DNA from: Pseudomonadota bacterium
GTDB lineage: Bacteria > Desulfobacterota > Binatia > UBA9968
Assembly (NCBI GenBank): GCA_021324155.1
Contig: JAJPJQ010000051.1
Coordinates: forward strand, 199,293 to 263,292
Direction of reading: 5' to 3'
DNA length: 64,000 nucleotides
Below the pieces are notes generated by a model. The model saw nothing but the letters and a program-made list of their open reading frames with translations, did not search any database and had not been told where the DNA came from. Both the position numbers and the translations under genes were made by a program. Shown here piece by piece: positions 45,283-54,338 of this stretch (positions are counted from its first letter, which is position 1; every line of letters starts with the position of its first letter).

Positions 45283-46284
45283 CTAACCCAGCGGGATCAC
45301 CCGACCCGACCGCAAGACGCTGAGCACGGTCGGATCGAAGACCTGCCGGCCGTTATGATCGGCGTCATCGAATCGAAAACGTCCGGTCGCGCCAGCGATT
45401 TCCGCTCCCGACTCGAGATCGTCGAGCGCGTGCGCTAATTTTCCTTCCGCGCCTGCGAGAGCGTCCGCGAGCAGCATCATCGCGTCCCAGCCGAAGCCGT
45501 GGTTTGCAGTCGGCAACGGGACGGCGCCAGCGCCGAGAGCGTCGACGAACTCCGCTTCTTCCGCGCTGCGCGGCGCGCCGCGCCGGAACATGTCGACGAA
45601 GTAGAAGCCTTCGGCCGAGCCGCCGACTCGCTCGATAAAACTCGGGCGCAGCAAAGAGCGTCCGAGCAGGAGCGGCATGCGCGGAGATATTTGCCGCAGT
45701 TTTTGCGCGAGCGGCAGCGCGCGCGTTTCGTCGGAAAGGACCAGATACGTGAGTTCCGGCCGCCACGAGCCGATCTCGTCGGGCCAGTCGGGCCGCGCGG
45801 CCGACACGGCGCACACCACCGCGCCTGCGGCGGCGAGAAACGAGGCGGTGTTGTCGGCGACGCGCTTTTGGAATTCCGTCTCGTCGTGAAGCAGGAAGAC
45901 ACGCCGGACACCGGCGACGCGCAGCAATTGGTCGGCGACGGACGCTGCGGTCATGCGCGTCGGCACGCCGATGTGAAAAACCGTCCGGCGGTTTTGCCGG
46001 ACCGCGGGATTGTTGTTGGCGACGAAACAGAGAAAATTAAATTCTTCGGAAAGCTCGCCGAGGCGAGTCGATTCGGGAACACCTGTCGCGCCGACGACAC
46101 CGTCGATCCTGCCGGCGTCCGGCGCGAGCGTCGAAGCGAGATCATCGAGATCACCGCGGCGAAACGTCTTCCTTTCGATCTCGACGCTTCGCCGCCGGGC
46201 CGCGAGCGTCGCGCCCAGCGACTGATCGACCGGCGACGGATCCTCGCCGGAGGGCCGGACGAGCAGAATGCGTAGCTGCGGCAT
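45283..46284 (-). CDS. type I periplasmic-binding-fold (LivJ/AmiC-like) protein without obvious signal peptide
   Basis: FGWDAMMLLADAL, GATGRFRFD..DHNG C-terminal motif. Confidence 0.7.
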   Translation of the reverse strand: MPQLRILLVRPSGEDPSPVDQSLGATLAARRRSVEIERKTFRRGDLDDLASTLAPDAGRIDGVVGATGVPESTRLGELSEEFNFLCFVANNNPAVRQNRRTVFHIGVPTRMTAASVADQLLRVAGVRRVFLLHDETEFQKRVADNTASFLAAAGAVVCAVSAARPDWPDEIGSWRPELTYLVLSDETRALPLAQKLRQISPRMPLLLGRSLLRPSFIERVGGSAEGFYFVDMFRRGAPRSAEEAEFVDALGAGAVPLPTANHGFGWDAMMLLADALAGAEGKLAHALDDLESGAEIAGATGRFRFDDADHNGRQVFDPTVLSVLRSGRVIPLG

Positions 46285-46293
46285 CGCGAATAC

Positions 46294-47298
46294 TTATTTA
46301 CTCGAACCGTACAACCGATCGAAGAATCCTTCTTGCTCCAATTCCCGAACCAGGCTGGCATCGATCAAATCTTCGGCCTTTTTGCCTTTGACACCAGGCT
46401 TCGCGCCGAATTCTTCGAGGCCAAGGCCGACCGCCTCAGCCTTGGGAAACGGCTTCTGCGGAATCGCGCCGAGCACGTACGTGCGGTACATGAAATCGAG
46501 CAGCGCCGGATCGCGCACGCCGATGTATTGGGTAAAAATGCGGTCCGCAGCCGCGCGGTCGCGGCGCGCAAGCGCGGTCGCGTCGCACATCGCCTTGAGG
46601 AAATTTTTCACGGTCGCGCGGTCGCGCCGAAGCACCGCGCTCGCTACCGCGAAATCGACGCCGGCGCCGATGTAGAGCTTCAGGCTCTCGTTGTCGGCGA
46701 GCACGCGGACTTTATCCATCTCGCCGCGCCGCTCCAGCTCGAAGAGATTATCCTCGTTGCTGGTCGTCGCGTCGATCTTGCCGGCAATGAGCGCCTTCAG
46801 ACGCTCGACGCTGCGCCCGCCGATCGGCACAAGCGTGACGTCGCGCTCGGGATCGAGACCGACGCGGAGAAGCGCCTGGTGCGTAATTCTGTCCTGGCTG
46901 CTGCCGAGCTCGCCGGTGCCGACGCGCTTGCCTTTGAGCTGCGACGGCGCGGTGATTTCCGGCCGCGTCAAGAGCTTGAGAACGCTGTAACCTGTGTTGG
47001 CGATGAAGCCGAGAGCGGCGCCATCGCCGATGGCAGAAACAATGTACGGCGCCGTTGCGGCGTACATGTCCGCGTCGCGGCGCGCGAGCGCCGCCAGCAG
47101 CTCGTCGCTCGACGCCGGCTCCTTCAATGCGACGTCGACGCCGTATTTCTTGAACAGCCCGGCGTCGCGCGCGAGCCAGAGCGGAAGCTTCGGCGGCCGC
47201 GGCGGGTAGGAAACGATAGTGAGGTTTTTCTCCTGCGCCCACGCCGGATGGATCAACGCGCAAAACAAGATCGATAGGAGGATCAAACCGCTTTTCAT
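46294..47298 (-). CDS. SsuA/THI5(NMT1)-like SBP
   Basis: Signal peptide; GLFKKYGVD, QLKGKRVG. Confidence 0.9.
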   Translation of the reverse strand: MKSGLILLSILFCALIHPAWAQEKNLTIVSYPPRPPKLPLWLARDAGLFKKYGVDVALKEPASSDELLAALARRDADMYAATAPYIVSAIGDGAALGFIANTGYSVLKLLTRPEITAPSQLKGKRVGTGELGSSQDRITHQALLRVGLDPERDVTLVPIGGRSVERLKALIAGKIDATTSNEDNLFELERRGEMDKVRVLADNESLKLYIGAGVDFAVASAVLRRDRATVKNFLKAMCDATALARRDRAAADRIFTQYIGVRDPALLDFMYRTYVLGAIPQKPFPKAEAVGLGLEEFGAKPGVKGKKAEDLIDASLVRELEQEGFFDRLYGSSK

Positions 47299-47332
47299 TG
47301 CTGTTTCGGACTTTTACGTTTCACCTTGCCTT

Positions 47333-48763
47333 TTATTTCCCCGCTTCCTGCTCGGGACGGTCGACGATCGGGCGCGGGATGGGATTCTTGTAATCCGGAT
47401 GAAACGCGAGGTCGACCGGCTTGCCGTCCATAAAGAATTTCTCGACGCGCATCGTCGCCCGGATGTCGTTGGCGACATCGCCGTTCACGATGACGATGTC
47501 GGCGACCTTGCCTTTCTCGACGCTGCCGTAATCTCTTTGACGGCCCCACGCCTCGGCGACGTTAAGACTGACGCCCTCGATCGCCTGGATGGGCGTGAGA
47601 CCCGCTTCGACGGCCATCTCGAGCTCGGCGTGCAAGCCGTAGCCGGCGAGAATCGCATCGGGATCGGAGCCCAGATGAATTTTGCCGCCTGCCGCGACGA
47701 AGCGGCGGGCGAACTCCTGCACGTTCTTATATCCCTGCTCGAGCCGAGCGCGTAGCTCCGGCGGAGCTTTGGCGAAGAGCGAGTAAAGCTTCTCGACGTC
47801 CTTCGGAATGTAGGACGGAAGATAGCGAAGGTTGGGATCGTTCAAGAGCGCGGCTTCCTCTTTGCGCATGTCGGCGCCGCGGCGGGCGATCGGCCGGTAC
47901 GTCGTGCCCCAGGTCGGACTCCAGTGGACGTTGCGCGCGACCATCGTCTTGATGAGCTTGTCGAACTGGTCGCGCTCCATGAACGAGAGCGCTTCGGCGG
48001 TGCTCATTTTTCCGGTGATGCGCGCGAAGTCGATCTCTTTTTTCTTTTTCGGGTCCGTGATCGTGGTAAACAGCACAGACCACGCGTGCTCGACGGACTG
48101 ATAGCCCGCATCGGCCGACACATAGATATCCAGCGTATGGCCGATCACCGGCTTGCCGGCGCGGTGCGCCTCCTCGGCGGCCGCCTTGGCATCCTGCGGC
48201 CGGAGCCGCTCGAAGAGCTTGAAGCCGTCGACTCCTTTCGCGATTGCGGCGCGCACCGCCGCGCGCGCCTCCTCTTCGTTGTTGACGAACGTGCTCATGC
48301 GCTGACGCCGCAGTCCGCCCATGCCCTCCGGCGGCGGCCCATCGATCACGTTACCGTTGGCCCAGACGCGCGGGCCGCGGATGGTGCCGTTCTTCACCCC
48401 CTCGCGCTGCGCAATCACCCAGTCGGTCGGATTGTTCGAGATCGTCGGGCATGTGGTGATCCCGAAATGTAGATAGATCTCGCCCATCCAGTCGCGTAGG
48501 TGGCAATGGCCGTCGATCAGTCCGGGCAGGATTGTCCTGCCTTTGGCATTGATCACCTCGGCTCCGTCGGGCGGCTTGACCTCGCCGCGACGGCCGACGT
48601 CGCGGATGCGGCCGTCCTGGAACACGACGACGGCATCGGCGATGGGAGCGCGGCCGGTGCCGTCGATCAGCGTGCCGCCGTCGATGACGACCGGGCGGTT
48701 TTGCGCTGTCGCGTTCGCGGCGGCGAGCGCGAGCATTGCGAGCGCGAAAAAATAGATTTTCAT
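47333..48763 (-). CDS. secreted metal-dependent amidohydrolase (amidohydrolase_1)
   Basis: Signal peptide; LPGLIDGHCH, GFK, VEH, GSD, GSVEKGKVAD. Confidence 0.9.
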   Translation of the reverse strand: MKIYFFALAMLALAAANATAQNRPVVIDGGTLIDGTGRAPIADAVVVFQDGRIRDVGRRGEVKPPDGAEVINAKGRTILPGLIDGHCHLRDWMGEIYLHFGITTCPTISNNPTDWVIAQREGVKNGTIRGPRVWANGNVIDGPPPEGMGGLRRQRMSTFVNNEEEARAAVRAAIAKGVDGFKLFERLRPQDAKAAAEEAHRAGKPVIGHTLDIYVSADAGYQSVEHAWSVLFTTITDPKKKKEIDFARITGKMSTAEALSFMERDQFDKLIKTMVARNVHWSPTWGTTYRPIARRGADMRKEEAALLNDPNLRYLPSYIPKDVEKLYSLFAKAPPELRARLEQGYKNVQEFARRFVAAGGKIHLGSDPDAILAGYGLHAELEMAVEAGLTPIQAIEGVSLNVAEAWGRQRDYGSVEKGKVADIVIVNGDVANDIRATMRVEKFFMDGKPVDLAFHPDYKNPIPRPIVDRPEQEAGK

Positions 48764-48839
48764 GCGTCCTCCGTTGGAAACGGTCTAAGCTAACGCAGGA
48801 CGAAGCTCGGCTGCAAGGCCGCAGCGCGTTTTTGGACGC

Positions 48840-48880
48840 AAAAAGAAAGGCGGCGCCGCCCGTTGCCGGGCGACGCCGTT
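48840..48880 (-). terminator. intrinsic terminator
   Basis: GGCGGCGCCGCCCG-ttgc-CGGGCGACGCCGTT hairpin with minus-strand T-tract. Confidence 0.7.
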
Positions 48881-48924
48881 GTGGTGAGTTATGGAGCGGA
48901 AGTTATGGGAAGGAGACGAGCGGA

Positions 48925-49212
48925 TTAGCCGTAAATATCCATGCCGTTTGGAGCGTCGGAAAATTTGCGCCTACCCATCGTGGACGGCTCGATCGCAGCG
49001 CTCGCGTCGGAATACTCGACGTCCAAAAATTCGGCTTCGTCGAAGTAAAGCTTGTCGCCGTCGATGCCGCCGCCCGGATAACTGCGCTCGAATTGCACGA
49101 GCCAGCTATGGCGCGACTGCGGGCGATACTCGACGACCGTTCCGTCCTCGAGCGCTCGCAGCCAGTGCTGTGGTTTGATTTTGACCTTCGCTCCGATTCG
49201 TACTTTCTTCAT
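48925..49212 (-). CDS. hypothetical protein (SH3/KOW-like beta barrel)
   Basis: MKKVRIGAKVKIK...GTVVEY...WLVQF; GAGG RBS. Confidence 0.7.
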   Translation of the reverse strand: MKKVRIGAKVKIKPQHWLRALEDGTVVEYRPQSRHSWLVQFERSYPGGGIDGDKLYFDEAEFLDVEYSDASAAIEPSTMGRRKFSDAPNGMDIYG

Positions 49213-49270
49213 TGTTGCCTCAACCTCCAGTGCGAGCCCGATGCCGTTTCGTGACTCCACCTCATAATTT

Positions 49271-49699
49271 TTATATTTCTTGTCCCCGCCTAACGGCGCG
49301 CGCGTCGCCATTGGCGAGTTCGACGTCACGGCCCTGGTTGTCGACAATAGAGAACGCGATCAATTCGGTCGGAGTGCAGCGAGTGCCGTCGCAGTTCGCG
49401 CTGAACAGCGCGACGGCATAAAACTGCTTCTCCGGGTTCTGGAACATCGCCAGCACGTGCGTCGCGTCGACCATGACCGCGCTGCCGGGGATCAACTGAA
49501 AATCCTTCAAAACCCCGCCCATCGTCTGTGCCTCCGGGACCTCGGGCGAAGACAAGCCGGGGGTTTGGCCCGGCTTGTCTTCGTCTTCATCGGTGCCCGG
49601 AGAAGCCAGCGCAACGAGAAAGATAAACACGGTCGTCACGCAGACGAGCGCGGAGACTAATATCTTCCAGCCATCCTGAAGTTTTGCGCCGGGTGTCAT
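49271..49699 (-). CDS. membrane-anchored hypothetical protein
   Basis: N-terminal TM; CDGTRC; GGAGG RBS; sigma54 promoter upstream. Confidence 0.75.
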   Translation of the reverse strand: MTPGAKLQDGWKILVSALVCVTTVFIFLVALASPGTDEDEDKPGQTPGLSSPEVPEAQTMGGVLKDFQLIPGSAVMVDATHVLAMFQNPEKQFYAVALFSANCDGTRCTPTELIAFSIVDNQGRDVELANGDARAVRRGQEI

Positions 49700-49734
49700 G
49701 TTCGCGCCTCCATCGGAGCTACCCTTGTGCCTTG

Positions 49735-49750
49735 AGCAACGCGCATGCCA
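49735..49750 (-). promoter_or_regulatory. sigma54 (-24/-12) promoter
   Basis: Minus strand TGGCAT-GCGCG-TTGCT. Confidence 0.7.
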
Positions 49751-49904
49751 GAAGAAAGAAGCCGGAAAGTAAATAGATTTCTCGCAGCCGGGCGGCCCGA
49801 TCACCCGTAAAAATGTGAATGCGGGGAAATTTTTACTAGCCGGTCAGAAGAGCACTGTTACAGGCGGATGACGGCTAGCGAGGCTTTACCGGAGGGATCG
49901 AGAG

Positions 49905-50762
49905 TTATTGGGGTTTTTCACCCGAGACGAGCGCATACGGGAAGCTTCCGCTCACGTGCAGCGCGTCGCCGTGCTTGTGCCAGGTGAAATAGGTCGCTTT
50001 CAGCCGCTCGGCCAACGCCGGCGCCTCGGCTTCCAGCTCGGCGGCGATCTCAAGCCAGTGCGCGCCGGTTGGAATACCGTCCATCCCCTCCTGGTCGAAG
50101 GTGTAGGTAACGACCCTGGCGCGGGCGCCGCGATAGCCCGCTTTCAGCAGCAGCCGCTGGATGCCGCTCGCCGTGTGAAAGCGGAAATCCTGGCCGTGGG
50201 TCCGGCGGAAGACCTCGTTGACTTTAGCGTCGAGAGCGGCGCCGAGCGCGTCGGTGGACTCTTTGAGGACGGGGTCGAGAATCACGAATTTGCCGCCGTT
50301 ACGCAGGACGCGCAGGACCTCGCGAACGACGCGCTCGGGATTGCCGAAGTGATGCAGGCTGAAGGAGACGAAGGCCCGGTCGAAAGCATTCGCCTTGAAC
50401 GGCAGCGCGTCGGCCTCGCCGGCGCACTGGCTGTATGCCGGAATGGGCTCTTCGTGCCGGTGTCCGACCTCGAGCATCGCAGGCGCCTGGTCGACGCCGA
50501 CGATGCGCCCGCCGTGAAGCCGCTTTGCGACCGGCCGGGCGGCGCGGCCGGTGCCGGTCGCAACTTCCAAGACTGATTCCTCACTTCCGAGCTCCAGCAT
50601 TTCAGCGAGCTTCTCCGCCAGGTCGGCGCGGATCTCCGATTTGCGCCGGTCGAATTCCGCCGCATGCTCGGGGTCGTGGAAACGGGTCTTATGTTCGTGA
50701 CGGCCGCCGCGATGCTCGTGGGAATGACTCGGGCCGTGATCGTGCTTGTCACCTTCGCTCAT
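49905..50762 (-). CDS. class I SAM-dependent methyltransferase with His-rich N-terminus
   Basis: HDHGPSHSHEH..HEH; VLEVATGTG, ADALPF..FD, LHHF. Confidence 0.88.
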   Translation of the reverse strand: MSEGDKHDHGPSHSHEHRGGRHEHKTRFHDPEHAAEFDRRKSEIRADLAEKLAEMLELGSEESVLEVATGTGRAARPVAKRLHGGRIVGVDQAPAMLEVGHRHEEPIPAYSQCAGEADALPFKANAFDRAFVSFSLHHFGNPERVVREVLRVLRNGGKFVILDPVLKESTDALGAALDAKVNEVFRRTHGQDFRFHTASGIQRLLLKAGYRGARARVVTYTFDQEGMDGIPTGAHWLEIAAELEAEAPALAERLKATYFTWHKHGDALHVSGSFPYALVSGEKPQ

Positions 50763-51166
50763 TTCGCCATCGTCTCGATCGCCTTCCATTGCGCATCGCT
50801 CACCGGCATCACGGAAAGCCGCGGCAGGCGCACGAGATCGAAGCTCTTCAGTTTCGGATCGGCCTTGACCTCGGCCAGCGTCACCGGCCGCGGCATCGCC
50901 TTATCCGCCTCGATGTCGAAGACGAGCAGCTTGGAGTCTTTCTTCGCGGGATCGGGATAGGCATCGCTCGCCGCGCGCGCCAGCCCGACGACCGCCTTCT
51001 CGTCCCCGGTGTGGTAAATCACGATCGCGTCGCCTTTTTTGATCGCCGCTATATGCTTCAGCGCGAGGTTGTTCTTGACGCCGTCCCACATCGTGCGCTT
51101 GTCTTTTTGCAATTGCGCGAACGAATAGGCGGACGGTTCGGTCTTCAATAACCAGCGGTTGGCCAT
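50759..51166 (-). CDS. EVE domain protein
   Basis: WLLKTEP..YS, WDGVKN, GD...YHTG, RLSVMPV. Confidence 0.93.
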   Translation of the reverse strand: MANRWLLKTEPSAYSFAQLQKDKRTMWDGVKNNLALKHIAAIKKGDAIVIYHTGDEKAVVGLARAASDAYPDPAKKDSKLLVFDIEADKAMPRPVTLAEVKADPKLKSFDLVRLPRLSVMPVSDAQWKAIETMAK

Positions 51167-51248
51167 GACCGGTTTTATAGACCGCGCAGCACGGCAATAC
51201 AACGCCTTGACTGTCCGCGCGCTTCCGAAGTATGCCACTTGTGGCTCT

Positions 51249-52226
51249 ATGACATTTCCTTACCGCTGCCTGACCATTCTTTCCTGCGTTCTTGCGCTTT
51301 GTTCATCGGCGTTCGCGGCGGAGCGCCTCCGCGCGTCCTACGCCGCGCCCAACGCGAGCCAGTCGCCGCTCTGGGCGGCGCAGGCGCGCGGCTACTTCGC
51401 CAAATACGGTCTCGAAGTCGATCTCCTCTATATCAGCAGCGGCTCGCTCAACGTCCAGGCGCTCGTCGGCAACACCGTGCAGTTCGCCGCCGGCGGTCCC
51501 GCCGCGCTCGAGGCGCGGCTGCGCGGCCCGAAGCTCCTCACTATCGCCAATCCCTTGAACGTGCTCGCGAGCAACCTGGTCACGATTCCCGAGATCAAAT
51601 CGATCGCCGACCTGAAAGGCAAAATCGGCGGCATCTCGCGCTTCGGCTCGTCGACCCATCAGGGCCTGCGCTATTTATTCAGAACCAACGGCCTTAGCGT
51701 CGAGAACGATCTCAAGATGCTCCAGCTCGGCGGCGACGCGAGCCGCCTCGCCGCGCTGAAGGCGGGGAAAATCCAGTACACATTCCTCGGCGCCGCGGCG
51801 AGCGAGCAGGCGCGCGGCCAAGGCCTCAAGGTCCTCGCGACCGCGCGGCAGATGAACATCCCGTTTCCGTGGACCTCGGTCGTCGTCAACGAGCCGTGGC
51901 TGGAAGCGAACCGCGACACGGCTTACAGGTATGTAAAGGCAGTCACTGAAGCGATCCGCTTCATGAAGCATAATCGCGCCGAGAGCGAGAAGATGATCGC
52001 CAAGTATATGCGCATCGACGATCCGCGCCTCGCCAGCGTCGAGTACGAGTTCAACGTCGGACTTTTTCCCGACCTCCCCTATCCGACGCTCGACGGCATG
52101 AAGCTGATTCTGGAAAATCTCGCCGCCGAGACGCCGGAGTTCGCGCGCCATAAGCCGGACGAGTTCGCCGACTCTTCGCTGGTCGAGCGGCTCAAGCGCG
52201 AAAAGTTTGTAGAAAGCCTGAAATAG
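51249..52226 (+). CDS. SsuA/THI5(NMT1)-like SBP
   Basis: Signal peptide; GYFAKYGLE, DLKGKIGGISRFGS. Confidence 0.9.
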   Translation: MTFPYRCLTILSCVLALCSSAFAAERLRASYAAPNASQSPLWAAQARGYFAKYGLEVDLLYISSGSLNVQALVGNTVQFAAGGPAALEARLRGPKLLTIANPLNVLASNLVTIPEIKSIADLKGKIGGISRFGSSTHQGLRYLFRTNGLSVENDLKMLQLGGDASRLAALKAGKIQYTFLGAAASEQARGQGLKVLATARQMNIPFPWTSVVVNEPWLEANRDTAYRYVKAVTEAIRFMKHNRAESEKMIAKYMRIDDPRLASVEYEFNVGLFPDLPYPTLDGMKLILENLAAETPEFARHKPDEFADSSLVERLKREKFVESLK

Positions 52227-52238
52227 CCAGGAGGAGCC

Positions 52239-53165
52239 ATGGCCAAGTTCAAAACCTTCAGCAAAGTTCTGCCGGCGGCGAATCTGCCGATGATGCCCGA
52301 TCAATCGATCGACGCGGAGGCATACCGCAAGCATCTCCGCTGGCTCACGACACACGACATCGGCGGCCTCGTGATCAGCGGCCACGCCGGCGAGCTCGAA
52401 TCGCTCACGCCGAAAGAGCGCATCCAGGTCGCCGAGATGGCGCGCAAGGAGATTCCGGATAATTTCCCGATGGTCGTCGGCTGCACCGGCCTCAGCACGC
52501 GCGAACTGGTCGAGTGCGCGAAAGACGCGAAGGCCGCCGGCGCGGACGGATTGCTCGTCATGCCGATCCCGCACTTCGCCTTCGGCGCCGTCGACCGGCC
52601 GGAGCTGATCGTCCCCTGCTTCGAGGAATTGGCCGATAAGGTCGACCTGCCGATGATCGTCTTCCGCTACGGCGTGAAGACCGGTTTAATGTATTCGGTC
52701 GAAGTCCTTCTGAAAATCGCCGAGAAAGTCCCGCAGGTGGTCGCGATCAAGGACTCGTCGTTCGACTACGAAGAGGCCTGGGTCGCGTTCCAGAATTTCC
52801 CGCGCAAGATCAATTTCCTCGTCGCGCACGGGAGCCTGTTTCTCATCCGCTTCGCCACCTCCGACGGCGCGGTCAGCTCGTTCTCCAACGTCGCGCCGGA
52901 GTTCATCACCAAGCTCTACGAGCTCGCGCACTCGGGCAAGATGGAAGAAGCGACGAAGCTCTTCAACAAAATCCGCCCGCTCTCCGACGCGATCTATCAC
53001 AAGACGCCGCTCATGCAGCACTGGGTAGTGGAAAAAGAGGCGCTCACGGCGCGCGGGCGCTTCCCGCGCTCGACCGTGCGGCCGCCGTTCCAGCCGCTGC
53101 CGCCGGAGCACATCGACGGCATCCGCAAGGCGGTCGCGGCGGCGGGCCTCGCGCCGCTGGCCTAG
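52239..53165 (+). CDS. dihydrodipicolinate synthase family aldolase/lyase
   Basis: SGHAGE..SLT..ER, AGADG, AIKDSS Schiff-base Lys; lacks the DapA GTTGE motif. Confidence 0.88.
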   Translation: MAKFKTFSKVLPAANLPMMPDQSIDAEAYRKHLRWLTTHDIGGLVISGHAGELESLTPKERIQVAEMARKEIPDNFPMVVGCTGLSTRELVECAKDAKAAGADGLLVMPIPHFAFGAVDRPELIVPCFEELADKVDLPMIVFRYGVKTGLMYSVEVLLKIAEKVPQVVAIKDSSFDYEEAWVAFQNFPRKINFLVAHGSLFLIRFATSDGAVSSFSNVAPEFITKLYELAHSGKMEEATKLFNKIRPLSDAIYHKTPLMQHWVVEKEALTARGRFPRSTVRPPFQPLPPEHIDGIRKAVAAAGLAPLA

Positions 53166-53171
53166 CGGCGC

Positions 53172-54143
53172 ATGAAGGAATTGAAAAACGTTATCCTCGG
53201 CGGGCTCTGCGCCGCCGCCGTTTTACTTCACGCGGTGGCCGACGCGAAGCCGGTGACGTTCGCCTACCAGACGCCGACGCTCGGCAGCACGCTGCCGCTC
53301 GTCGTCGGCATCGAATTCGGCTACTTCCCCGCCGAGGGACTCGACGTCAAGTCGGTCTTCATTATCGGCGGGCCGACCGCGACCGCCGCGCTGATCGGCG
53401 GCGACGTCGACTACGCGCTCATCGCCGGCGTACCCGCCGTGCGCGCGATCGCCGCGGGCGCGCCGCTCATGATCGTCGGCGGCATGCAGCCCTACATCGA
53501 TTACACATTGATGGGCGCGAAAGGCATTGCGTCGCTGAACGATCTCAGGGGCAAAGTCGTCGGCGTCACCGGCGCGGGCGGCATCGCCGAATTCGCCTCG
53601 GTCGAAGGGCTGGCGAAAAAAGGCTTCGTGCGCGACCGCGACTACAAAGTTCTCTACGGCGTCGGCAACAGCCCGGCGCGCGCGCAGGCGCTGGAAGCGG
53701 GCCGCATCCAGGCGTCGCCGTTTTCTTTCATGGAAAAGATCGAGCTCGAGCGCAAAGGATTCCCGACGCTTTTCGACATCGGCGAGGTGGTGAGCAACTT
53801 CCCATTCGTCGTGATCGTATCGACGCGCAAGAAAGCCGAGAGCGACCCCGACGGCGTCGTCGCGCTGCTCCGCGGCCTCAAGCGCGGCATCGACGCCTTG
53901 AAGACCGATCCGGAAAAGGTCATCGCGATGGTGCTCAAGAAAAATAAGTACGGCGACGCCGCGACCGTGCGCAAAGTCGTTGAGCACTTCGCCGGGGCCT
54001 ACTCCGTCGCGATCACGCGCGAGGAGATTGATGCCGTGATCAGCGCCGCGCACATCGAGGCCGAGGCGAAGAAGCTCGGCGGCGCGGATAAATTTTTCAT
54101 CGGATCGTTTTCGGCGAAGGCGCTGGGAGTGGGAAAAAAATAG
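53172..54143 (+). CDS. SsuA/THI5(NMT1)-like SBP
   Basis: Signal peptide; GYFPAEGLD, DLRGKVVGV. Confidence 0.9.
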   Translation: MKELKNVILGGLCAAAVLLHAVADAKPVTFAYQTPTLGSTLPLVVGIEFGYFPAEGLDVKSVFIIGGPTATAALIGGDVDYALIAGVPAVRAIAAGAPLMIVGGMQPYIDYTLMGAKGIASLNDLRGKVVGVTGAGGIAEFASVEGLAKKGFVRDRDYKVLYGVGNSPARAQALEAGRIQASPFSFMEKIELERKGFPTLFDIGEVVSNFPFVVIVSTRKKAESDPDGVVALLRGLKRGIDALKTDPEKVIAMVLKKNKYGDAATVRKVVEHFAGAYSVAITREEIDAVISAAHIEAEAKKLGGADKFFIGSFSAKALGVGKK

Positions 54144-54338
54144 AGAATGGAAGGCGCCGACCGGGCTCAGAGCCTCTCAATGGGTTCGCGCTTATTCTTT
54201 CGCCTATAATCGAATGCGCGGCCTTTTCGCTCCGAACGGCGCCCGCGATCGGGAGGATGAGAGGCGCAGGATAAGGCGGTGGACGTCCAACACTGAAGTT
54301 TCTACGCTACTCGGCCGAACGGACCGTAAGGAGATATA

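Noticed and set aside
52239..53165. Calling the gene dapA
   Set aside because: GHAGE instead of GTTGE, and the SBP context suggests a catabolic family member
54144..54338. Possible structured leader upstream of the OphD-like gene
   Set aside because: TATAAT and weak pairing are present, but no terminator or recognisable aptamer
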